From: an uncultured Thermodesulfobacteriota bacterium | GTDB lineage: Bacteria > Desulfobacterota > CAZCTP01 | Direction: 5' to 3' | Assembly: GCA_964501575.1 (NCBI GenBank) | Contig: CAZCTP010000005.1 | Location: 2,446-66,445, forward strand | DNA: 64,000 bases | Shown: positions 56,848 through 64,000 of the stretch, piece by piece | How positions within the stretch are numbered: the stretch's first letter is position 1 | Layout: every line of letters begins with the position of its first letter | Notes under the pieces: generated by a model | The model's database searches: none | What the model saw: the letters and a program-made list of their open reading frames with translations, nothing else | What the model was told of the DNA's origin: nothing | Made by a program: the position numbers and the translations under genes

Positions 56848-58415
56848 TTAGCATACTCCGTAGCTCTTGTCTCCCTTATAGTTGTTACCTTTATCTGCCC
56901 AGGATATGTGAGCTCCTTTTCTATCTTTCTTGCAATCTCTCTGGAGAGTAGGGTAGATTCTTCATCTGTTATATTTTCACTTTTTACCATTATCCTTAAC
57001 TCTCTTCCAGCCTGGATTGCATAAGCTTTTTCTACCTGTGGAAATGAATAGGCTATCCTTTCAAGATCCTGGAGCCTCTTGATATATGTTTCAATCATTT
57101 CTCTCCTTGCACCTGGTCTTGCTGCAGATAATGCATCAGCAGCTTGAATAAGATTAGCTAATATATTATCAGGATTATCATCATGATGATATGCTATTGC
57201 TTCAACAATATTATCAGATTCACCATATTTTTTTATCAATTCAGCCCCTATTTGAGCATGAGATCCTTCTACTTCATGATTTACTGCTTTCCCTATATCA
57301 TGAAGTAGGCCGGCTCTTTTAGCTTCCTTCTCATTTAGTTTTAACTCAGCAGCCATTATTCCTGCTAAAAATGCTACTTCTAATGAATGTTGAAGATTAT
57401 TTTGTCCATAGCTTGTTCTAAATTTTAATTTCCCTATATATTTTATTAGCTCAGGATGAACGCCATGTACTCCAACATCAAAGGTTGCCTGTTCTCCAGC
57501 CTCTTTTATGCTATTTTCTACCTCCTTTTCTGCCTCTTTAACAACCTCTTCAATCCTTCCTGGATGTATCCTACCATCAGCTATTAATCTGTCAAGAGAA
57601 ATTTTGGCTATCTCTCTTCTTATCGGATCATAGGAGGATAATATGACAGCTTCTGGTGTATCATCTACTATAAGACTAATTCCTGTAGTAGCTTCTATAG
57701 CCCTTATATTTCTTCCTTCTCTACCGATTATCCTTCCCTTCATATCTTCATTAGGTAAATCTACAACAGAAACAGTTCTCTCTGCAACATAATTTCCTGA
57801 ATATCTCTGGATTGCTAAACTCAATATCTTCTTTGCCTTTTTATCAGCCTCCTCCTTAGCTTCATCCTCAATACGCTTTATCATCTTTGCTGCTTCATAC
57901 TTTGTTTCATCTATAAGTGAATCCATTAAAAGTTTTTTTGCTTCACTCTGAGTTAAATTAGCAATTCTTTCAAGTTCTTTTTTTGATTTCTCTATCAACT
58001 CATTATATTTATGTTCCTGGCTCGCAACATTTCTTTCTTGCTCTATTAAGGTTTTTTCCCTTTTTGTGACTTCTATTTCCTTTTTTTCTAATAGATCCAC
58101 TTTTTTATCAATATTTTCTTCTCTTTGAATCAATCTTCTCTCTAAATTATTAAGTTCAGCCCTTCTCTCCCTTACTTCTTTTTCAAATTCTGACTTAGAT
58201 TTATATAAAAATTCTTTTGCTTCTAAGATACCCTTCTTTTTTATCTCTTCAGCCTCTTTTTTTGCATCCTCTAATATGTTTTTAGCCTTATTAGCAGCAA
58301 AGAAAATCCTCCTCTCTGTGATTTTCGTCCTTATTAAATATCCTATAATTCCACCTAACAACAAAGATATCGCAATAAATATTGTATTTAAAATATTAAT
58401 CTCCTCCTTTCGCAT
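56844..58415 (-). CDS. rny: Ribonuclease Y
   Basis: N-terminal TM segment, a coiled coil, a KH domain ([15 protein letters not shown]) and an HD domain (LLHDIGKA). Confidence 0.9.
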   Translation of the reverse strand: MRKEEINILNTIFIAISLLLGGIIGYLIRTKITERRIFFAANKAKNILEDAKKEAEEIKKKGILEAKEFLYKSKSEFEKEVRERRAELNNLERRLIQREENIDKKVDLLEKKEIEVTKREKTLIEQERNVASQEHKYNELIEKSKKELERIANLTQSEAKKLLMDSLIDETKYEAAKMIKRIEDEAKEEADKKAKKILSLAIQRYSGNYVAERTVSVVDLPNEDMKGRIIGREGRNIRAIEATTGISLIVDDTPEAVILSSYDPIRREIAKISLDRLIADGRIHPGRIEEVVKEAEKEVENSIKEAGEQATFDVGVHGVHPELIKYIGKLKFRTSYGQNNLQHSLEVAFLAGIMAAELKLNEKEAKRAGLLHDIGKAVNHEVEGSHAQIGAELIKKYGESDNIVEAIAYHHDDNPDNILANLIQAADALSAARPGARREMIETYIKRLQDLERIAYSFPQVEKAYAIQAGRELRIMVKSENITDEESTLLSREIARKIEKELTYPGQIKVTTIRETRATEYAK

Positions 58416-58974
58416 GGATTATTCTCTTCTCGCTAATTATCATGTTGACCTTTATGTCCCCTTTTCTATATGGAATATGATCAATAATCTGAAAATCATA
58501 TGCTAAACCTATCGTATATACATCTTTATTTAGTAGTGTCCTGTCATAAAATCCCTTTCCATATCCCAAACGATTTCCGTTCAAATCAAAAGATATTCCC
58601 GGCACTAATATTATGTCCAAATCATTAGGGTATATAAATCTTGATTTATCAGGATTAGGTTCAGGTATGTTAAATGTTCCTATTCTAAGATTTTGAAACC
58701 CATCAATAGAGAAGAAATTTATTATACCTTTATTGATATCTACCCATGGTAAAGTAACAATTTTATTATTAATAAGGCAATGTTTAAGTATTTCATCTGT
58801 TAATACTTCATTATTGATACTATAATAAAGAGCTATTGTGTTTGCTTTTAAAGAGGAAATCTTTCTTATAGACTCTTCTTGAATAATCTTACTCTTTTCA
58901 TATATCTCTATATTTGATAGAGAAAGACGTTTTTTCAGAAGAGTATTTCTAATATCCCTTCTTATATCTCCCAT
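58396..58974 (-). CDS. 5-formyltetrahydrofolate cyclo-ligase
   Basis: 192 aa matching the 5-FTHF cyclo-ligase family. Confidence 0.7.
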   Translation of the reverse strand: MGDIRRDIRNTLLKKRLSLSNIEIYEKSKIIQEESIRKISSLKANTIALYYSINNEVLTDEILKHCLINNKIVTLPWVDINKGIINFFSIDGFQNLRIGTFNIPEPNPDKSRFIYPNDLDIILVPGISFDLNGNRLGYGKGFYDRTLLNKDVYTIGLAYDFQIIDHIPYRKGDIKVNMIISEKRIIHAKGGD

Positions 58975-59109
58975 CTTAATATATGGGGAATTTTAGAAAT
59001 TAATAGGGATATTGCTCACATGGAGAAGTATAGATTTTTTATATTTAAAAGCTATTTTTTTCATAATATTTTATAAATCCCTTTAATTTCAAAAGTTCCC
59101 AATGTTTTA

Positions 59110-59391
59110 TTATAAAATAATTTTATCTATAAGAGCTATTAACTCCTTTGATCTATTTTCCACACAATCAAAAAGTGATTTTTTTTCTTCTTTAATAACA
59201 AAATATTCATCAGCGATATTTAAAGCCGCTAATATTACAATTTTTTGTAACTCTACCATTCTTGTTATTTTCTGGAGCTCCCGGATCTTTTTATCCACAT
59301 AGTCAGCTATTCTCTTCATATAATCTTCATCTCTGTCACCTTTTATTGTAAACCTCTGATCAAGAATGTTTATTTCTATACCTTTATCCAA
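59110..59391 (-). CDS. zapA: Cell division protein ZapA
   Basis: 93 aa: INILDQRFTIKGD followed by a coiled coil. Confidence 0.75.
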   Translation of the reverse strand: MDKGIEINILDQRFTIKGDRDEDYMKRIADYVDKKIRELQKITRMVELQKIVILAALNIADEYFVIKEEKKSLFDCVENRSKELIALIDKIIL

Positions 59392-59402
59392 CCATTTTCC
59401 TC

Positions 59403-59630
59403 TTATTGAAAATTAATATCTTCCAGTCGGGCTAATAAGCTTTCCACCTTTTTATATATTTCTTCTCTCTCATTCTTTAACATGTCTATTTTTTCATTGA
59501 GCACTCTAATATTTTCATCTTTTTCTCTTAAACCATTAATCAATTCATCCCTTTCTTTTTTTAAACTATTATACCTTTCCATTAATTTAATTATTTTTTC
59601 TTCTAAGGTCTTAAATTCTTTTAATTCCAT
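59403..59630 (-). CDS. ZapB-like coiled-coil protein (75 aa, starting at the ATG at 59630)
   Basis: Heptad-rich MELKEFKTLEEKIIKLMERYNSLKKERDEL.... The tabulated TTG start at 59669 coincides with a -35 hexamer. Confidence 0.5.
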   Translation of the reverse strand: MELKEFKTLEEKIIKLMERYNSLKKERDELINGLREKDENIRVLNEKIDMLKNEREEIYKKVESLLARLEDINFQ

Positions 59631-59639
59631 AATATTTTT

Positions 59640-59669
59640 ATTATAGTGTACTATTAACATATTAGTCAA
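59640..59669 (-). promoter_or_regulatory. Sigma70-type promoter TTGACT-N18-TATAAT driving a near-leaderless ZapB-like/zapA transcript
   Basis: The -35 is the revcomp of 59664-59669 and the -10 is the revcomp of 59640-59645. The ATG lies 9 nt after the -10. Confidence 0.5.
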
Positions 59670-59740
59670 GACTCTTTTCTCTTTTGGGTGGAAATGTTCA
59701 TGCAGATGGTGGTACAGTTAAGTTAGTAAAGATAATGACT

Positions 59741-60943
59741 TTAAAATAGCTTTACTTCAACTATATCACCCTTCTCCATTAAGTCTACATTTTCAGGAAT
59801 CTCGATATATCCGTCTGCATCAGACATACTGGATATATCCGATGATTCTTTAAAAACAGGATATGCCACTCCCTTTTCAACTTTTACTGTAAGGAATTGA
59901 TGTCTCCCAATAGTAGAAACTTCCCTTTTCCCAAGGGGGAGCCGAAGAGCCCTTTCTTCCTTTTCAGGGAGTCTTGCTATCTTTCTTATCATAGGGGCTA
60001 ATATTATATATCCATTTGACAGGCATGAGGTCGGATGTCCTGGCATTCCAAGAACGATCTTTTTATTTACTCTACCAAGCAGGGTAGGTTTCCCGGGTTT
60101 TATAGCTATTCCATGGAATAATACCTCCCCCATTTCTTCTATAACATCCATTAATATATCCATTTCCCCTACCGAAGAACCACCAGAGAATACTATAACA
60201 TTCCATCTATTTTCGTTAAGCACCCTTCTTATATCATTTCTATTGTCAGATAGGGTTGGCAGGATTTCCGGGATCCCTCCATTCTCAATAACGATAGCTC
60301 CTAAGGTATATGAATTTATATTGTATATTTTCCCTGGTTCAAGTGGACTCCCCGGTTCAGAAATCTCATTGCCGGTAGAGAATATTCCTATAACCGGCTT
60401 TTTAAAGACTTTTATCCTATCTATCCCTAATGCTGCTATAGCCCCTATCTTTGGAGGAGCTAATACCTCACCTTTCTTTATAATATTAGTCCCTTTAGGG
60501 ATATCACTCCCTTTTTTAGATACATTTTCCCATGGATATACTGGTTTAAATATAAAAACATCCTTTCCTTTAATCTCGGTATTTTCAACTATTACTATTG
60601 CATCAGCTCCTCCTGGAATCATTGCGCCGGTTGCAATCTCAGAACACTCTCCTTTATTCAAACTTTTTTTAGGTATGTCTCCAGCATATATTTTCTCTAT
60701 AAGTTTTAGTGCTGATGGATTAAACTTTGTTGCTCCAAATGTATCTTCTGCCTTAACAGCGTAACCATCCATAGCAGCTCTATTAAAACCGGGAACATCT
60801 ATTGGAGAGGTTATATCAAGTGATAGAACTCTTCCTGCAGAGTTAAGCAGATTAACTTCCTCATATTCATTGATATGGTCTATGGAATCAAGACATATTT
60901 TTAAAGCATCTTTTACAGAAATCAAAGATTTTATAGGTCTCAT
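59741..60943 (-). CDS. moeA: Molybdopterin molybdenumtransferase
   Basis: 400 aa aligning across the MoeA N-terminal, MoCF-binding and C-terminal domains. Confidence 0.85.
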   Translation of the reverse strand: MRPIKSLISVKDALKICLDSIDHINEYEEVNLLNSAGRVLSLDITSPIDVPGFNRAAMDGYAVKAEDTFGATKFNPSALKLIEKIYAGDIPKKSLNKGECSEIATGAMIPGGADAIVIVENTEIKGKDVFIFKPVYPWENVSKKGSDIPKGTNIIKKGEVLAPPKIGAIAALGIDRIKVFKKPVIGIFSTGNEISEPGSPLEPGKIYNINSYTLGAIVIENGGIPEILPTLSDNRNDIRRVLNENRWNVIVFSGGSSVGEMDILMDVIEEMGEVLFHGIAIKPGKPTLLGRVNKKIVLGMPGHPTSCLSNGYIILAPMIRKIARLPEKEERALRLPLGKREVSTIGRHQFLTVKVEKGVAYPVFKESSDISSMSDADGYIEIPENVDLMEKGDIVEVKLF

Positions 60944-61000
60944 AAACCTTCCTTATAGATTTAAGCGATAAATTTTCATAATAAATTGAAATGTTCTATC

Positions 61001-61783
61001 CTAACACCCCTTGAAAGAAGGTTTTCTCTTTTCAAGGAATGCGGAAACTCCTTCTTTTTTATCCTCTGATGCCATTATTGTAGCAAGTTGAGTAGCTTCA
61101 AACATTGCTCCCTGATCAAGGCTTGTATCAAGACCAAAATTAATAGCCTGAATAGCAAGCTTTATAGAGAGTGGTGATTTTGTCATTATCTTCTTCGCTA
61201 TCCCTATACAGGTATTCATAAGCTCTTTCTGAGGAACGACTTTATTTGCAAGTCCTATTTTTAATGCTTCTTCAGCATCTATATAATCTCCGGTAAGCAT
61301 ATACCATAGAGCTCTTCCCTTGCCTATAAGTCTTGGTAATCTTTGAGTTCCTGCATATCCAGGGATAACACCAAGTCCGAGCTCCGGGAGCCCTAATTTT
61401 GCATTATCTGATAATATTCTTAATGTACATGCCATTGCTAGTTCACATCCTCCTCCAAGTGCAAATCCATTAACAGCTGCGATTATAGGTTTCCCCATGT
61501 TATCCATATAATTTAAAAGAATCTGTCCCTTCCTTGCAAAATAAGGAGTATTTACTGGATTTAGATCAAGGAATTCATTTACATCTGCTCCAGCTACAAA
61601 TGCTTTATCTCCAGCCCCCGTTAAAATACTAACTCTTATATTTCCATTTTTATCAATATCTTCCATTACTATCCTTAATTCCTCAATTACTGTTCTATTA
61701 AGCGCATTTAGTTTGTCAGGTCTATTTATTGTCACAATAGCAATTCCTTCTTTTTCTTCATATAGTAGAGTCTTAAGATCCAT
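61001..61783 (-). CDS. Enoyl-CoA hydratase (crotonase family)
   Basis: 260 aa with ILTGAGDKAFVAGAD and GGGCELA motifs. SD AAGGAGG. Confidence 0.8.
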   Translation of the reverse strand: MDLKTLLYEEKEGIAIVTINRPDKLNALNRTVIEELRIVMEDIDKNGNIRVSILTGAGDKAFVAGADVNEFLDLNPVNTPYFARKGQILLNYMDNMGKPIIAAVNGFALGGGCELAMACTLRILSDNAKLGLPELGLGVIPGYAGTQRLPRLIGKGRALWYMLTGDYIDAEEALKIGLANKVVPQKELMNTCIGIAKKIMTKSPLSIKLAIQAINFGLDTSLDQGAMFEATQLATIMASEDKKEGVSAFLEKRKPSFKGC

Positions 61784-61813
61784 ATTAGTACCTCCTTATT
61801 AAATTTCTAAAAT

Positions 61814-61842
61814 ATATTAACCCTGATATTAACTAATGTCAA
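61814..61842 (-). promoter_or_regulatory. Candidate promoter (TTGACA-N17-TAATAT) for the enoyl-CoA hydratase gene, overlapping a direct repeat
   Basis: Read on the minus strand; a second TGACATTA copy lies 27 bp upstream. Confidence 0.35.
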
Positions 61843-62017
61843 TGGTTTGATTTGAGCTGATAATGTCAGTTGTTTGTCTCCTATATTGGCTATATCAAAA
61901 ATTATATAGGTTGATTATAATTCTGGAATAATTATCAAGGAAGCTTCTTCACTAATTTCTACGTAATATCCTTGGCACTATTTTAAAATATTACTATTAG
62001 CAAAAAAGTTTATTCCT

Positions 62018-63760
62018 TCAGCTATTTCTTTCAAATTCCCTATATGCGTTTGTTATAGGCATCCTTCTATCTTTACCAAAAGCCCTTGGTGTAATTTTTA
62101 TTCCTGGCGGAGATTGACGCCTTTTATACTCACTTTTATCAATCATTCTTATAACCTTTTCTACAATATCTCTTTTATATCCCATCTTAACTATTTCATT
62201 AAATGGAATATCATCTTCTACATACGCCTTTAATATTGGATCCAGAGTATTATATTGAGGTAGAGTATCTGTATCTTTTTGATTCGGCTTTAATTCTGCA
62301 GTTGGTTCTTTTATTAAAACTCTTTCTGGTATAACACTGGATATTGAGTTTCTATATCTTGCCAATTCATAGACCATTGTCTTAGGAAGGTCCTTAATTA
62401 CCGCAAATCCTCCTGCCATATCCCCATAAAGAGTTGCATATCCAACCCCCATCTCACTTTTATTACCAGTTGTCAATACAAGCCATCCAAACTTATTTGA
62501 TAGGGCCATGAGTATGTTTCCCCTTATCCTAGCCTGAAGATTCTCCTCTGTTATGTCTCTATCTTTTCCTTTAAATGGTTCTGAAAGGGATTTAAGAAAT
62601 GAATCAAATATATCCTTTATCAGAATAGTTATAACTCTTATTCCTAAGTTTTCTGCCAATGTTTCTGCATCTTCTATACTCTCTTTAGAGGTATATTGAG
62701 ATGGAAGTATTACTCCTATAATATTATCTTTACCTAAAGCGTCTACTGCGATTACTCCTGTTAAGGATGAATCTATACCACCACTAAGTCCCACTACTCC
62801 CTTATTGAATCCATTTTTTCTCAGATAGTCCTTTGTACCTATAACAAGAGCTTTATATATCTCTTCTATAGGTGAAAGCACTTCTATATTCCTTGATAAT
62901 ATAGGAGATTTATCAGCCCTTTTTGTATCTTTAAGTTTTATAAACTTTACCCCTTCTTTATAGGGATCACATAAAAACCTATCTCTCTTACCTCTGGGAT
63001 CATGTAGTCTACTGCTAAATATTGAATCTGCATCAAGATCCTTAATAATGAGCTCTTCTTCAAATGCTCTCCCATGTTCAATCAACTCTCCTTTTTCATT
63101 AAATATCATGCTACGACCATCAAATACCAATTCATCTTGCCCTCCTACAAGATTCACATAAGCTAAGATAATTTTATTATCTGATGCTCTTGTAGCAAGC
63201 ATTTTCTCTTTAAATTTTACCTTCTCAGCATGGAATGGTGATGCATTTATATTTATTATTATCTCTCCACCTGATAGAGCTTGAGTCCTTTCTGGTCCAT
63301 TAGGATACCATATATCCTCACATATGTTTATTCCAAAGGTAATCCTGTTTAATGAAAATAGTATGATATCCTTACCAGTCTGAAAGTATCTATATTCATC
63401 AAATACTCCATAGTTTGGAAGAAATATCTTATGATAAATAGCTGATATCTCCCCATCATTTATAATAGCTGCTGAATTATATATATCCACATTCTTATCC
63501 ACAAATCCTACTATAGCTGTTATTCCCTCACTATGAATTGCTATTTCATGAATTCCCTTTATGTTATCATCTATAAATTGTGGCTTGAGCAAAAGATCCT
63601 CTGGAGGATAGCCAGTTACTGCCATTTCAGGGAATATAATAATATCAACTCCCATCCTCTTTGCCTCATCTATGTAGCTTATAATCTTTTTTACATTTCC
63701 TTCAATATCGCCAACAGTAGAATTTATTTGAGCCATTCCCAACCTAATTTCTCTCATCAT
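62018..63760 (-). CDS. nadE: Glutamine-dependent NAD+ synthetase
   Basis: N-terminal CN-hydrolase domain plus a C-terminal NAD synthetase PP-loop (GLSGGIDSS). 580 aa. Confidence 0.85.
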   Translation of the reverse strand: MMREIRLGMAQINSTVGDIEGNVKKIISYIDEAKRMGVDIIIFPEMAVTGYPPEDLLLKPQFIDDNIKGIHEIAIHSEGITAIVGFVDKNVDIYNSAAIINDGEISAIYHKIFLPNYGVFDEYRYFQTGKDIILFSLNRITFGINICEDIWYPNGPERTQALSGGEIIININASPFHAEKVKFKEKMLATRASDNKIILAYVNLVGGQDELVFDGRSMIFNEKGELIEHGRAFEEELIIKDLDADSIFSSRLHDPRGKRDRFLCDPYKEGVKFIKLKDTKRADKSPILSRNIEVLSPIEEIYKALVIGTKDYLRKNGFNKGVVGLSGGIDSSLTGVIAVDALGKDNIIGVILPSQYTSKESIEDAETLAENLGIRVITILIKDIFDSFLKSLSEPFKGKDRDITEENLQARIRGNILMALSNKFGWLVLTTGNKSEMGVGYATLYGDMAGGFAVIKDLPKTMVYELARYRNSISSVIPERVLIKEPTAELKPNQKDTDTLPQYNTLDPILKAYVEDDIPFNEIVKMGYKRDIVEKVIRMIDKSEYKRRQSPPGIKITPRAFGKDRRMPITNAYREFERNS

Positions 63761-63966
63761 TATCCCCTTTCTCTATATTTACATTCTTTATTAAAACATT
63801 CCTTTCCCCTATTTCTTTCTATCATAAATGGAAAACCACATACCGGGCACTTAACAGGTACTGGCTTATAGGGTATAGCAAATTTACATTTGGGATACTT
63901 ACTGCATCCATAAAATATACCTCTTTTTGAAACCTTCTCAATTAATTCACCATCGCACTCCTTCAT
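63760..63966 (-). CDS. Small topoisomerase-type C4 zinc-finger protein
   Basis: CxxC...CxxC pairs (CSKYPKC, CPVCG, CFNKEC) resembling zf-C4_Topoisom repeats. It lies close to the window edge. Confidence 0.45.
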   Translation of the reverse strand: MKECDGELIEKVSKRGIFYGCSKYPKCKFAIPYKPVPVKCPVCGFPFMIERNRGKECFNKECKYRERG

Positions 63967-64000
63967 AGGGCATTTAACATTTGTGCTTAATGGTTTTGTA

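Noticed and set aside
58975-59109. Possible 6S RNA (ssrS) between zapA and the 5-formyltetrahydrofolate cyclo-ligase gene, by analogy with E. coli zapA-ssrS-ygfA
   Set aside because: The gap is only 135 nt, shorter than typical 6S RNA (about 180 nt), and is very AT-rich with no obvious long helices. The only clear RNA gene in this window, the tRNA, is GC-rich. Only a covariance-model scan could settle this.
1-64000. CRISPR arrays, rRNA genes, transposases, integrases and toxin-antitoxin pairs
   Set aside because: None were found on visual scanning of either strand. There are no regularly spaced direct repeats, no IS-like inverted termini, and no DDE-transposase or tyrosine/serine-recombinase motifs in any ORF.

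Overview
This is a gene-dense, AT-rich (about one-third GC) bacterial chromosomal segment. The proteins are rich in K, I and E, and the single tRNA is GC-rich, which suggests a thermophilic anaerobe; the taxon cannot be determined from the sequence alone. Housekeeping genes present are the groEL 3' end, ileS-lspA, tRNA-Leu(CAG), ribF, por (pyruvate:ferredoxin oxidoreductase), aroE, moaC, mltG-ruvX, uppP, ftsK, lolA, tldD, tyrS-ymdB-rny, 5-formyltetrahydrofolate cyclo-ligase, zapA plus a ZapB-like coiled-coil gene, moeA and nadE. Between them sit several unusual metabolic modules. (1) A translationally coupled 9-gene operon (6450-16590) joins a lone molybdo-hydroxylase large subunit to a polyferredoxin, a tungsten-type aldehyde:ferredoxin oxidoreductase (AOR), a MoaD-like protein, a secreted DUF1329-like protein, an SDR and two CrtI-like flavoproteins. 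(2) A minus-strand cluster (34084-38928) encodes a second AOR, a MoaD-like protein, a UbiD-family decarboxylase, a carboxymuconolactone-decarboxylase-like protein and a MenB/BadI-type crotonase; it is followed by a hydantoin-racemase-like / acyl-CoA dehydrogenase / DapA-like operon, and an orphan second UbiD sits at 52126. (3) An operon downstream of ftsK (45265-51272) encodes LolA, a TusA-like protein, a Cys-rich membrane protein, a THUMP-less ThiI-like PP-loop ATPase, a small acidic protein, TldD without TldE, and a fused Memo-AMMECR1 protein with no radical-SAM partner. Other notable items are a nitroreductase gene broken by a frameshift in a T6 run, a small internally duplicated Cys-rich protein, a membrane protein built from tandem conserved-TM-helix repeats, a PhnD-like lipoprotein paired with a HAMP-PAS-GGDEF cyclase, and several sigma70-like promoters, one of which shows that a tabulated TTG start is really a -35 hexamer. 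No rRNA, CRISPR array, transposase or integrase was seen.
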